From an uncultured archaeon (GTDB lineage Archaea > Asgardarchaeota > Thorarchaeia > Thorarchaeales > Thorarchaeaceae): DNA of 64,000 bases. Made by a program: the position numbers and the translations under genes. Positions 39,073 through 49,102 of the stretch are shown here, piece after piece; the first letter of the stretch is position 1, and every line of letters starts with the position of its first letter. The stretch covers positions 275 through 64,274 of the forward strand of contig CAZPWM010000004.1 in NCBI GenBank assembly GCA_964590575.1, in the 5' to 3' direction. The notes under the pieces were generated by a model that saw only the letters and a program-made list of their open reading frames with translations, ran no database searches and was not told the origin of the DNA.

Positions 39073-39158
39073 GGTGGATTCTGGCATGCGGCATACCAGC
39101 TAATAGTTATTTTTCAAGTGAGAGTTTGGTTTTAGCATTAAAAGCGTTCATGATGCGT

Positions 39159-39455
39159 TTAAAAGCTACGACCTCGACTTGGTACTGTCTTCCGCTCTGA
39201 GGCTTGTCTAATATGTACCCTGCCCGCATGTACTGCGCAACTCACGCAGTAATATGACGTCACTCTTTTGGTTTGAATATAGCTTCCCTGTTGTCTGAGT
39301 TCGCGAGCGAGCTGAGGTTCAACAGATGACACACTCTTTGTGTATTTCTTTGCTTTGTCAGATGGCACAATGCGTCCACATCGGGTGCATTGAACAGTTC
39401 CACTCTTACCCGAACTGCCTTTGTTTCTGCCGCCAGATTTTCTTTTCTTACCCAA
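39159..39455 (-). CDS. rps26e: Ribosomal protein S26e
   Basis: MGKKRKSGGRNKG...VQCTRCGRIVPSDKA...YYCVSCAVHA C4 pattern. Confidence 0.75.
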   Translation of the reverse strand: MGKKRKSGGRNKGSSGKSGTVQCTRCGRIVPSDKAKKYTKSVSSVEPQLARELRQQGSYIQTKRVTSYYCVSCAVHAGRVHIRQASERKTVPSRGRSF

Positions 39456-39540
39456 TTTTCAGTTCCACCATGGCTGATTGTGCCCCCGGCAACTCGGCTA
39501 TACTTAAAATCTTGTTCATATTGCTACAGAAAATACTGTA

Positions 39541-40614
39541 TCACCAATGAGGTTCGATTGTTTCAAGCACCTTGTCCACGACCTCATTGTTTGCATCAAT
39601 GATGTGTTGATATACTTCTCTCTCTATTTGGTCATCAAGAATTGGAGAAATCCTTCCAGCAAGACCCTCCAAACTTGCTCTAACTGAAGGACCAAGCGCG
39701 AAGGGGTTATATCCCCCTTCTAGAGCCCAGACTGAACCTTTTGCACCTAATTCATGCACCATCTTCTTAACGAAACTACCGAACCTCCAAAAGATTCGTG
39801 AATCAACATCCATATTTCCAACAGGATCTGCATAATGTGCATCATAACCCGCTGATACCATAATTATGTCAGGGCTGAACCTCATGAGGGCTGGTTCTAT
39901 CACTTTGTCGATTGCTGTTTCGTACGAAACATTTGGGGAAGTTTCAACAAGAGGAATATTGATGTTTGTTCCTTTTGCTACACCGTGTCCCAATTCAGCA
40001 TAGTGCCCTAAACCAAAATTTTCGTAGTCATATTCATGAACTGAAATCAGCTGCACATTGGCATCTGTGTAAAATATCTCTGAAGTGCCATTTCCAAAAT
40101 GGTTGTCAAAATCTATAATGGACACCTTGTTTACATCTTTATTCTTTAACACATGACGAGCTGCAATAGCTACATTATTGAAGTAGCAGAGTCCCATTGG
40201 ATTTGATGTACTGGCATGGTGCCCTGGTGGGCGCATAAATGAAAATACATGGTTGGCTTCCCCTGAGGTTACCATCTCAGTCCCTTTCATTGCTCCACCA
40301 ACTGAGAGAAGAGCGGTTCTGAGTAAGTCTGGACTAGCGTATGATGCCTCACCAAGTTGTCCTGTTCCAATGTCTGACATTAGTTCGACAACTTCAACCA
40401 AATACGCCGAATGAACAAGACGCACATCATCAAGCTTTGCCTTTGGGGCTTTCACTCTGATAGTAGTTCCAAGTATACCCTCTTGATCAAGATATCTCTC
40501 CACAATTTGAGTTCTGAGGGGGCTCTCAAAAGCCTCTAAGTGGGGTTTGGGAAAAGGCATTCTATGTAGGTTTGATTTCGGATGTGAGATGAACGCAATC
40601 TTGTCCTTTGGCAC
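39541..40614 (-). CDS. Histone deacetylase/acetoin-utilisation (AcuC/HDAC)-family deacetylase
   Basis: HHASTSNPMGLCYFNNVAIAA and IIDFDNHFGNGT motifs. Confidence 0.75.
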   Translation of the reverse strand: MPKDKIAFISHPKSNLHRMPFPKPHLEAFESPLRTQIVERYLDQEGILGTTIRVKAPKAKLDDVRLVHSAYLVEVVELMSDIGTGQLGEASYASPDLLRTALLSVGGAMKGTEMVTSGEANHVFSFMRPPGHHASTSNPMGLCYFNNVAIAARHVLKNKDVNKVSIIDFDNHFGNGTSEIFYTDANVQLISVHEYDYENFGLGHYAELGHGVAKGTNINIPLVETSPNVSYETAIDKVIEPALMRFSPDIIMVSAGYDAHYADPVGNMDVDSRIFWRFGSFVKKMVHELGAKGSVWALEGGYNPFALGPSVRASLEGLAGRISPILDDQIEREVYQHIIDANNEVVDKVLETIEPHW

Positions 40615-40620
40615 AGTGAT

Positions 40621-42108
40621 TCACTGAGGAATCTTAATATTTCCATCCTTAACTCTTGTCATTTTCTCAAGGAATGAGGATTCGATCGGAAGGATATACC
40701 TGTAGAGAACATTGAGAACTTTTTGTGAAACTTGGCTTGTTTTGGTAACTCGTTCCAATCCTTGAATCGGATTTTCTTTTAGAATTACGTCAGCTAATTT
40801 CTGTGGATCGCGCCACTGCCTTTCTTCACTTGTCCACAGAAATCCCTCCCTTTCCTCAGCTTTCGGGTGAGTTCGCTTGAATTCTTCTCCTGCTTCAACA
40901 AGATCAATTGGAGGACCTCTCCGAACATAATGTTCTGAAGGCTCGGGATTTTCAATGAAAAATCCCATTGAAAAGACGTCTTCTTCAAAATACACCTCCC
41001 ATAGGGTCTCTCCGAACCTAGGTTCTCCAGTTCTTTCAGCAGTGAGACTGACCTGCACTTTGTTGGCGATTCGATACAACTTATCCCGAAGGATCGTGTA
41101 GTGCCTTGTACCATCAGACTTGAACTCCCGTGTGAATGCATGTTTGGACAACCACTCAGGCAGCGCCTCGGTTGGAATTGAGGATTCAAGCAACATCTCC
41201 AGCATCGCATTTTCGTTACTTCTTTGAGAAGCCTCTTGTAGTCTGTTTATGCGATATTTCACCCACTCATAAGCCCTAGGGGCAAAACTGGAAGCAATAT
41301 TCCTTTGATTATCTGTTGGGTCTATCAAAATGATGTAATCATCCCTAAAAGCTGGGATTTTTCGCAACTCCGTCATAGATCGTTTCAACGGGTCGATTGG
41401 CTTGTTGGTTAGTTGCTCCAATGAATCAAAAACATCGTCAAGAGTTACTGAGAGTGTTGCTAGTACTTCAAGAGAAACTCCAGTGATACCCATTCTCCCG
41501 ACTGCACATTGGTCTCCGTATGCATGACTTGCTCTAACAAATGACTTCAGTATTCTCACATTATCTCTCTTTTCATCAGTTAATAAGTCTGCAACATATC
41601 TGGTATGATGGACTGTTCTATCCACGGCTGTTATAGGTCCGCATTCCGAGAGTGTTGTAGAGTCAATGTCAAAACAACCAAGTATGTCAATCTCCAACCC
41701 CTTTATTTTCAATGACAAATACGGGTGCTGTGAAAAAGCTCGTTGCACCTTGGTTGTTTCCATTCCAGATACTGCAGGCTCAAACCAACCGTTGACCATG
41801 TTGTTCATCAGACGATCTAGTTCTTTGTGTCTTTGTTGGCGAGGTTTGTCTAGGATAGCTGTGTAGGCATCCGGATTGAGTCCTACGAACATGTCTATAT
41901 CTGCTGCGTTTCGAAGTTGTGTTTGTTTTTTTCCTGTGGACCCCTGTGCTTCGATGAAGGAGAATGAATATTTCTTTGAACTTGGATGGTCTGATAATGC
42001 ATATTTGAGTGACTCGATGACTTTCTTCTGTAGATCTAATTCCTTCTGTGTAGGTGTTACCTCTGCCAGAATACGTCTTCTAACGTTATCCGAGAGTAAC
42101 GATTCCAA
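40621..42108 (-). CDS. cca: Class I nucleotidyltransferase, probably the archaeal CCA-adding enzyme
   Basis: QGSTGKKQTQLRNAADIDMFVGL resembles the GS...G....DIDxFV catalytic motif; the assignment is uncertain. Confidence 0.45.
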   Translation of the reverse strand: MESLLSDNVRRRILAEVTPTQKELDLQKKVIESLKYALSDHPSSKKYSFSFIEAQGSTGKKQTQLRNAADIDMFVGLNPDAYTAILDKPRQQRHKELDRLMNNMVNGWFEPAVSGMETTKVQRAFSQHPYLSLKIKGLEIDILGCFDIDSTTLSECGPITAVDRTVHHTRYVADLLTDEKRDNVRILKSFVRASHAYGDQCAVGRMGITGVSLEVLATLSVTLDDVFDSLEQLTNKPIDPLKRSMTELRKIPAFRDDYIILIDPTDNQRNIASSFAPRAYEWVKYRINRLQEASQRSNENAMLEMLLESSIPTEALPEWLSKHAFTREFKSDGTRHYTILRDKLYRIANKVQVSLTAERTGEPRFGETLWEVYFEEDVFSMGFFIENPEPSEHYVRRGPPIDLVEAGEEFKRTHPKAEEREGFLWTSEERQWRDPQKLADVILKENPIQGLERVTKTSQVSQKVLNVLYRYILPIESSFLEKMTRVKDGNIKIPQ

Positions 42109-42225
42109 GTTTCAGACCTGATTACCTAGGGCTAATTGTTTGCTATGAATGTTATCTTCTTAGGAAATGGCACAGCCTCTATCTTTAAAGCAGTAGTTTC
42201 ATGTAATCCCTTATTGGTGGACTGA

Positions 42226-42729
42226 ATGGCAAAGATGGTGCCAATTGCTATTACCATACTCCGATGTGGTGAAAGCTATTTGTTTCTTCAGCGGCGAAAT
42301 CCCCCTTACGAGAATCTCTGGAGTATGGTTGGTGGGAAAGTGGCTCTAGGTGAGCATATACAGAGTGCCGCTATAAGAGAGGTTATGGAAGAAACTCGTA
42401 CACCCACAGTCATTAATTATCAGTATCGTGGTTTGGTTTCCGAGCGATTGGTCGAATTCGATGGTTCTCTTTCCGCTCACTTTCTAATTTTTGTAAGCTA
42501 TGCTGAGATTCCCTCATTCAGTGAGAATCATCGAGAAGGAAACCTTGCATTATTCACTGAAGATGAGATTGAATCTGCCAAAGAACAGTTCCTACCTTCT
42601 GATTATCAGATGTTCAAATCCTTCAAAGAAAAGACGTTATCTCAAACGATTTACGAAGCAGAACTACTACATGATGATACTGGGTACAATCTAATCTATT
42701 ACAGGGAGTCTGATGATGAAACTCGGTGA
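42226..42729 (+). CDS. NUDIX hydrolase
   Basis: Nudix box GGKVALGEHIQSAAIREVMEETR. Confidence 0.7.
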   Translation: MAKMVPIAITILRCGESYLFLQRRNPPYENLWSMVGGKVALGEHIQSAAIREVMEETRTPTVINYQYRGLVSERLVEFDGSLSAHFLIFVSYAEIPSFSENHREGNLALFTEDEIESAKEQFLPSDYQMFKSFKEKTLSQTIYEAELLHDDTGYNLIYYRESDDETR

Positions 42730-43705
42730 TATTGAAGTCACTCCCTTGGCAGCAGAGAGTCTTGGAACCCGCTCATTGTGCACTCAGATTAAAACACCCG
42801 ATATCAGCATTCTATTTGACCCATCTGCGGCTCTAGCAAAACGATACAATTTGGAACCTCATCCATCTGAATACTTGGCTCTACAGAACTCACTTAGCAC
42901 AATTATGAAAACAGCAGATGAATCTGATATATTGTCAATCTCTCATTATCATTACGACCATGTTAGACCTGGCTTTGAAAATCAACTCTACAATATGAGT
43001 ACTAAGAATGAGCGTCGTGATATGTTCTCTGGAAAAATAGTACTTGCAAAGGACAACCGGGAGAATATCAACCCATCACAAAGACGACGCGGATTCTATT
43101 TTGAAAAGGATATCAAAGAGGTAGCTACGAAGATTGAATGGGCCGATGATAGACTCTTTAAATTTAATGATACGAAAGTAACGTATTCTCCCCCGCTTCC
43201 TCACGGGTCGACTAACTCTCGTCTTGGATATGTTTTAGCAACCCTTGTTGAATATTCTGGAAATCGCATAATGTTTGCACCTGATGTCCAGGGTCCAATC
43301 GCACAAGGCACATTGCAATACATTTTACTAGCATCTCCCGATGTTCTAATAATTGGTGGTCCACCTATCTATCACTTCAAATTTTCAGACAAGGAACGAG
43401 AGATTGCCCATAATTCTCTAATTGTTCTTGCTTCAACAATTCCAACACTAGTTGTAGATCATCATTTGATGAGGGATAGAACCTGGAAGGAATGGATACT
43501 TCCAGTCTTGAATGCTACTGAAAAAGCTGGAAACCGAGTACTGACTATGGCGGAACTTTCAGGTAAAAAGAATACACTTCTTGAGGCGGAACGTGAGGAT
43601 ATCTATAGAACCGACCCTCCTAGTGAGGATTTCATGAATTGGGCTGATTCTACAGAAGAGTTCAAATTAAAACATCCAGCACCAATCTCTGACCTCTATG
43701 AGTAG
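42713..43705 (+). CDS. UPF0282-family metallo-beta-lactamase-fold protein
   Basis: N-terminus IEVTPLAAESLGTRSLCTQIKTPDISILFDPSAAL follows the UPF0282 pattern; HYHYDH. Confidence 0.55.
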   Translation: MMKLGDIEVTPLAAESLGTRSLCTQIKTPDISILFDPSAALAKRYNLEPHPSEYLALQNSLSTIMKTADESDILSISHYHYDHVRPGFENQLYNMSTKNERRDMFSGKIVLAKDNRENINPSQRRRGFYFEKDIKEVATKIEWADDRLFKFNDTKVTYSPPLPHGSTNSRLGYVLATLVEYSGNRIMFAPDVQGPIAQGTLQYILLASPDVLIIGGPPIYHFKFSDKEREIAHNSLIVLASTIPTLVVDHHLMRDRTWKEWILPVLNATEKAGNRVLTMAELSGKKNTLLEAEREDIYRTDPPSEDFMNWADSTEEFKLKHPAPISDLYE

Positions 43706-43829
43706 AGACAGCAAAACATCTTATTGGGATAGTCTGAAATCTTTTCTATGGTCTAGATTAAGAAGACCCGCCGTGACTATGATATTCATGGTAACACAGG
43801 ACCGGTATAATGTAAAGGTGAACTTTTAG

Positions 43830-44369
43830 TTGGAAGATATTGAAGGCGCATCCACAAAGGCACTGCTTGATCGTTTCAAGCACTCGGTAGGACGCGCTGA
43901 CGAATGTCTCACAAATGAAGAGTATCAACAAGCAATGGCGCTCTATTATGATGCAAGTCAATCTGCAGATGAGATGACTCAACGTTTTCTCAGCTTACTT
44001 ATCAAGACAGCTCCAAGCACAGCGCATAAGACATTGCTTATCGAAGTTCTAAGCTGGCGACTACGGTATTTCACAGCACAATATGACTATCATCTTGCAG
44101 TTGCGCAGACTTTATCCGGTCTGCCCAGAGAGGAGTGGATTGCCAGACTAGAAACTATTCTTGTTCTCTCACAGAGTTTAGTTGACATGATTCTTCCAGT
44201 CTATCATCAAAAAGATGAGGACCCAATGATTCAACAGAGAATAAAGGATCTCTTCGACGATTGGATAGCTGGAATCAGAAACTTGATTCTCAACCTCCGT
44301 TCTTGGGGTATGGCAAGTGCTCAAGCTGCACGAGTTCTTGAATGGGCTATGGACAATGGGATTGAATAA
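43830..44369 (+). CDS. Hypothetical helical protein
   Basis: ORF with TTG start; no motif. Confidence 0.35.
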   Translation: MEDIEGASTKALLDRFKHSVGRADECLTNEEYQQAMALYYDASQSADEMTQRFLSLLIKTAPSTAHKTLLIEVLSWRLRYFTAQYDYHLAVAQTLSGLPREEWIARLETILVLSQSLVDMILPVYHQKDEDPMIQQRIKDLFDDWIAGIRNLILNLRSWGMASAQAARVLEWAMDNGIE

Positions 44370-44396
44370 TTGGATATAACAAAAAGGTATGAGCGC

Positions 44397-44624
44397 TTAT
44401 TTCTCTACTTTACCCTCGACACTTGTTAGTGCAACCTCAGTATCAGCAAGTTGATGATGACTATCCAAATAGCAGATAAGATGGTGGTCCTTGTGCTTCA
44501 CAATGACAGGGACTGGAAACCGTTTGACTTTCTTCAATTCCTCTGTTGGAATCTCCCAATAGATTGATTCCTTACAGACGGGACATTGCATCCATTTCAG
44601 CCCTTCAGCCATTTGTAGTTCCAC
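44397..44624 (-). CDS. Small zinc-finger hypothetical protein
   Basis: CPVC...H..H...C arrangement in 75 aa. Confidence 0.35.
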   Translation of the reverse strand: MELQMAEGLKWMQCPVCKESIYWEIPTEELKKVKRFPVPVIVKHKDHHLICYLDSHHQLADTEVALTSVEGKVEK

Positions 44625-44718
44625 CTATCTATGAGTGGGCGGTGCAGGTGTCAGAATCAGCAATGGTACTAAAAAGCGTTTTCTAGAGGCCCTACCAGAA
44701 GTAGGTTCTATAGTTAAA

Positions 44719-45552
44719 TCATTCTTCATCGAGATTAATATCCCACGCCCCTGGGTCCTCGAGATCTCTGCTAAGAATGGGTCTTCTACGAGCTTCAAGA
44801 GAGTCCAAGTCAAAACGATCAGTGTCTACAACCAATTCATTCGACACTTCATCCAAATATGCGGGGATGAATCCGTTTTCAATCAACCTAACTATCAATC
44901 TTTTCAGTTGGTTTTGCTCTAATCCTGTACTCTCTTCAAGACTAGAAAGTGTTACAGCTGCTTCTGATTCGAGAGATGATCGAATAAATCCCCCCAGAAC
45001 TAATTCAAAGGAGGACCTCAATTTCTCAAGTTCATGTCGATCGATTTCACCTGCCAAGACAGTTTCCATCATCTTATTGGCATCTCCAAAGCGGTATTCG
45101 GCTAGCATCAGAGCTAGATCAATATGACCCGTGACTTCTCCCCTAGTACTTTGGATGGCAGCATCAATCAATTGTCTTGATAGGTCAAGGTCACCTCCAG
45201 TTATCGCGCAGAATGCCCCATCTAGCAATAAGTGTGGGTCCTTCTTCTCTCTAGCCGCAGACACGTATGCTTGAGCTGCAATCTGGCAGTCAACCTCGAA
45301 CTTCTCATGTTCGCCATGCTTAACCCACGCCGCACCAGCTTTAGTCATTATCACTGCGGCCTCAGCATATTCTTGCGCCAACATACCATGTTCATACGCT
45401 CGCTCATACGCTTCAGCAGCCTTTGAATAAGACTCCCAATTCTTCCAACAATCTCCTGTCTTTTGGAAGAGCATCATAGCTTCACTATTTTTTCCACTGT
45501 CTGCTATCTCTTCAGCTAGTTTTTCCAGTTTCTGGCATTCCGCCTGAGGCAT
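44719..45552 (-). CDS. Helical-repeat plus C-terminal winged-helix protein (PCI-domain-like architecture)
   Basis: N-terminal TPR-like helices and a C-terminal LKRLIVRLIENGFIPAYLDEV wH-like segment; assignment tentative. Confidence 0.4.
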   Translation of the reverse strand: MPQAECQKLEKLAEEIADSGKNSEAMMLFQKTGDCWKNWESYSKAAEAYERAYEHGMLAQEYAEAAVIMTKAGAAWVKHGEHEKFEVDCQIAAQAYVSAAREKKDPHLLLDGAFCAITGGDLDLSRQLIDAAIQSTRGEVTGHIDLALMLAEYRFGDANKMMETVLAGEIDRHELEKLRSSFELVLGGFIRSSLESEAAVTLSSLEESTGLEQNQLKRLIVRLIENGFIPAYLDEVSNELVVDTDRFDLDSLEARRRPILSRDLEDPGAWDINLDEE

Positions 45553-45585
45553 GAATATCCGGACTCCATGGAGGAACTGTGTGTA

Positions 45586-46263
45586 CTATCTAAGGACCCC
45601 ATCTTTCATGTTAAGAGTTCGTTTGGCAAATTTCGCAATCTCTTGGTTGTGCGTGACAAGAACAACGGTCATCTTTTTCTCTCTATTCAGCTGAGCTATG
45701 ATTTTGAGAATATTCTCCCCGGTTTTTGAATCGAGATTTCCTGTTGGCTCATCACAAAATAGGATTGGTGGGTCATTCACAAGCGCTCTTCCAATGGCGA
45801 CTCTCTGCTGCTCTCCACCAGATAGCTGCTTTGGAAAGTGGTCTCTTCTCTCTAGCATATCAACCTCACGGAGAACTGCAAGTGTACGATTCTCTTGCTC
45901 TTGTTTAGTAATGTCATTTCTAGGCCAAAGAACAGACTCGATATTCTCGTAAGCAGTAAGATTTTCAATGAGCAGGAATGATTGAAACACAAACCCGATT
46001 TTTTGAGCTCGCACCTTTGGGAGGTCTCTCTCACTAATCAGAGTGACATCTACAGCATCTACAAGAACTCGGCCAGATGATGGTGCCTCGAGTCCGGACA
46101 TGACATGGAGTAGGGTTGATTTTCCACAACCACTTGGTCCTAGGACAGCTACGAAGTCACCTGCGTCAATGTTAAGATTGACATCTTTCATTGCAGCTAC
46201 GGTATTCTTCCCTTTACCATATTCCTTATTGACTCCTTCAAGTTGAATTATCGGTCCTGCCAT
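45586..46263 (-). CDS. ABC transporter ATP-binding protein (MacB/FtsE type)
   Basis: GPSGCGKST, LSGGEQQR, ILFCDEPTGNLD. Confidence 0.8.
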   Translation of the reverse strand: MAGPIIQLEGVNKEYGKGKNTVAAMKDVNLNIDAGDFVAVLGPSGCGKSTLLHVMSGLEAPSSGRVLVDAVDVTLISERDLPKVRAQKIGFVFQSFLLIENLTAYENIESVLWPRNDITKQEQENRTLAVLREVDMLERRDHFPKQLSGGEQQRVAIGRALVNDPPILFCDEPTGNLDSKTGENILKIIAQLNREKKMTVVLVTHNQEIAKFAKRTLNMKDGVLR

Positions 46264-46266
46264 ATC

Positions 46267-46782
46267 TTATTCCTCCCTTAATGCTCTCATTGGTGGGACT
46301 TGAGTTGCTCTCCACATAGATAGTACCAAACCTGGAAGCTGTGCAAGAATGATCCAGAATAGCGTAACAAACATGGAGATGATATCAACATAGAGTATTG
46401 ACAATATTCCTGTAACACTTGCGACTCCTGTTATGTATGCAGCTAATCCAAGAAGTTCAACACTGATTTGGAACACCAGAAGAAACGCTGTGAATGAAAC
46501 TAACACAACCTCTCCCATGACAAGAATCATTACATTTGAGTTGTCCCATCCAATACATTTGAAAATGGAAATATCCCGTCGTCGAAATTGCGAAACTAAT
46601 ATAGCGTAAATTGTAGCGACAATGAACGCTAGCCCAACATAAGATAACCAATCTCCTGGATAGTTGGTAAGCCCTCTTGCTACAATTATGTATAATATTG
46701 CATAGATTAGGATAAATGCCAACACTCGGATTTTTGCTCGATATGCGAATTTGACACTCTTGAAGAATACTCTGAAGTTCAA
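46267..46782 (-). CDS. FtsX-like 4-TM permease module (short form)
   Basis: 171 aa with four TM segments; partner of the ATPase 4 nt downstream. Confidence 0.55.
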   Translation of the reverse strand: MNFRVFFKSVKFAYRAKIRVLAFILIYAILYIIVARGLTNYPGDWLSYVGLAFIVATIYAILVSQFRRRDISIFKCIGWDNSNVMILVMGEVVLVSFTAFLLVFQISVELLGLAAYITGVASVTGILSILYVDIISMFVTLFWIILAQLPGLVLSMWRATQVPPMRALREE

Positions 46783-46866
46783 ACAGTTGTCCTCCTTGCA
46801 ATAGACGCAGTTGTTGACTCTTTCAAATCATTTTGCTTAATGTGTCTTGTGGGCACAAAACTCGAG

Positions 46867-47043
46867 TTACTTCTCAATATCCATTTGTATTGGGCTCCCT
46901 TCAGCAGGCCATAATTCCCGTCGCAGGAGGTCTCTAATAGCAACTCTGATTGCTTCACTTCTTGACGGATACATACCTATTTCCACAAGTTTGTCAAGTC
47001 CCTTGACGTAAATATCGCTCATTTTCACAGTAACAAGCTGCAT
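46867..47043 (-). CDS. Ribbon-helix-helix (CopG-like) regulator
   Basis: MQLVTVKMSDIYVKGLDKLV...RSEAIRVAIRDLL. Confidence 0.5.
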   Translation of the reverse strand: MQLVTVKMSDIYVKGLDKLVEIGMYPSRSEAIRVAIRDLLRRELWPAEGSPIQMDIEK

Positions 47044-47301
47044 AGATAATCCCTCACGGCAGGTGTTAACCGGGTAATACCGAATATAAGTCGATACCAC
47101 GTTTCATTGGGTCGGCGCCAACGTCTCTGGATATGTTGAACGCGACTTTCACTCTAGGGCATTCGGCCCATAAAAGGCTAAATATGCTGAAACCATCTTC
47201 GAATAAGGAAACATACGGGTGGAAGCAAATTTGCATCCCCTATGTGATTCTCTATTACCGAGCAGAAAGGTGAGTACTTGAGTAGCGGTGGCTTTGACTA
47301 C

Positions 47302-47820
47302 ATGCGTAAGGTCGTCATGATTGGCGCAGGTGGCAGTGGAAAGACTGCCTTAGTCAACCGTTTTCTCACCCACAAGTTCTCTGAAGAATATATAGTAACA
47401 ATCGGATCACAATTTGCTGTCAAAACTGTAGAACTAGAAACTGCAAATGGTCGCAATGTGGTTGTGAAGCTTCTTGTGTGGGACCTAGCTGGTCAACAAC
47501 GGTTCGATTTTATTCGTGGAAGCTATTATCGCGGTTCCAAAGGTGCACTGCTTGTTTTTGACACGACGCGAAAGAGCACATGGTTGGAATTGCCAAAATG
47601 GATCAAGGAAACCGAAGATGCGCTAGGAGAGCGAATTCCTATTATTCTCCTTGCAAACAAGGTAGACCTAGCTGAACACAGAGTGATCACTCGTGAGATG
47701 GGCGAACAATTCGTTCGCGATAATAATCTCACAGGTTATCTTGAAACGAGTGCATTGTCAGGCCAGAACGTCGAAGAAGCATTCAGGGTGCTTGCCAAGA
47801 GTTCGATGGCAAATTCCTAA
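47302..47820 (+). CDS. Rab-like small GTPase (Ras superfamily)
   Basis: G1 GAGGSGKT, switch I T, G3 WDLAGQQRF, G4 NKVD, G5 ETSAL; no CAAX. Confidence 0.75.
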   Translation: MRKVVMIGAGGSGKTALVNRFLTHKFSEEYIVTIGSQFAVKTVELETANGRNVVVKLLVWDLAGQQRFDFIRGSYYRGSKGALLVFDTTRKSTWLELPKWIKETEDALGERIPIILLANKVDLAEHRVITREMGEQFVRDNNLTGYLETSALSGQNVEEAFRVLAKSSMANS

Positions 47821-47908
47821 TCTTTTTCTTTCTACTGCTCTAACCAAAACCACTAAAGAGAGTAGTGTAACGGAAGGAAAGTACTCCATAGAAAATGAAG
47901 TGAATCCC

Positions 47909-49048
47909 ATGACAGATTCAGATCTTAATTTGAAATTCCTAGAGCAACTCTGCGATGCCTTTGGCCCAAGTGGACATGAGGAAGACGCGCAGAAAGTTGC
48001 TCATAATTATGGTAAAAAATATGCAGACGAGATTCTTCAAGATGGACTAGGATCACTGATATTCAAGAAAGGAAACAGTGGTCCCAAAATAATGCTTGCT
48101 GGACATGTTGATGAGATTGGTTTCGTCATCACCAACATCAAGAAGGATGGTTATCTTCAGTTTCATCAACTTGGAGGTTGGTGGGACCAGACTCTCTTAA
48201 CGCAAGAGGTTGTGATTCAACCGTTCAAAGGAGAAAAAATCGTCGGTGTAATTGGCGCTCCCCCACCACATGTTCTTACTCCCGAGATGCGTAACAAGGT
48301 CGTTACGAAGGACAAGATGTACATCGATATTGGTTGTTCATCTGCTGAAGAGGTCAAGAAACTCGGTATCCGTGTTGGAGATCCTGCTGTTCCTGTTTCT
48401 TATTTCCGAACGATGAAGAGAACACGGAAGGAAAAGAAGGATGAGGATAACAAGGATGCAAAAGAAGAAACGCGGGAGGTCACTCTTGCTGTGGCAAAAG
48501 CATTCGATGATCGAATTGGTGTGTTTATTGCACTTGAAGCGCTTCGTCGAATCTCTGAAAAAAACATTGAACTTCCGAATACAGTCTACTTCTGTTCAAC
48601 AGTGCAAGAGGAAATAGGTCTCAGAGGTGCCAAGACAACAGCTCAGATGATTAAACCAGATATTGGTTTCGCGCTAGATGTTGACATCTCTGGCGATTCA
48701 CCAGGAGCTGAAGGATTGGTCCAGAAGATGGGCAAAGGTGTTTCAATCTCCGCAGGTGATGGATCAATGATACCAAATCCGAGATTCCGCAAATTCGTCA
48801 TGGAAATAGCTGAGGAGAAAGATATCCGACATCAACCAGCATTCTTGAAAGCTGGTGGGACTGATGCTGGTCAAATTCACCTTGCAGGCATGGGTGCTCC
48901 ATCACTATTCTTAGGTATTCCGACCCGTTATATTCACTCTCACCATGGAATGCTTGACATTAGCGATGTTGAGGCTGCAGTCCAACTTCTTATCGAAGTT
49001 CTGCAGAAACTTGATGAAAAGACAGTTAAGAGTTTTACAAAACTTTAG
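47909..49048 (+). CDS. M42-family (TET/FrvX) aminopeptidase
   Basis: FGPSGHEE and GHVDEIGFVI motifs; start at MTDSD, as the upstream track extension looks non-coding. Confidence 0.7.
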   Translation: MTDSDLNLKFLEQLCDAFGPSGHEEDAQKVAHNYGKKYADEILQDGLGSLIFKKGNSGPKIMLAGHVDEIGFVITNIKKDGYLQFHQLGGWWDQTLLTQEVVIQPFKGEKIVGVIGAPPPHVLTPEMRNKVVTKDKMYIDIGCSSAEEVKKLGIRVGDPAVPVSYFRTMKRTRKEKKDEDNKDAKEETREVTLAVAKAFDDRIGVFIALEALRRISEKNIELPNTVYFCSTVQEEIGLRGAKTTAQMIKPDIGFALDVDISGDSPGAEGLVQKMGKGVSISAGDGSMIPNPRFRKFVMEIAEEKDIRHQPAFLKAGGTDAGQIHLAGMGAPSLFLGIPTRYIHSHHGMLDISDVEAAVQLLIEVLQKLDEKTVKSFTKL

Positions 49049-49059
49049 AGAAAGAAGAA

Positions 49060-49095
49060 CAGCCTAGCAAACCACTAGGCTGTATCTCTTTTTCT
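49060..49095. terminator. Bidirectional terminator-like hairpin CAGCCTAG-(7)-CTAGGCTG followed by a T tract, between convergent genes
   Basis: Perfect 8-bp inverted repeat plus CTCTTTTTCTCC. Confidence 0.4.
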
Positions 49096-49102
49096 CCTTA
49101 TA

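Noticed and set aside
47693-47908. 72-codon N-terminal extension of the M42 peptidase overlapping the GTPase 3' end
   Set aside because: The translation is not peptidase-like and overlaps the upstream gene; the conserved M42 N-terminus begins at the Met at 47909
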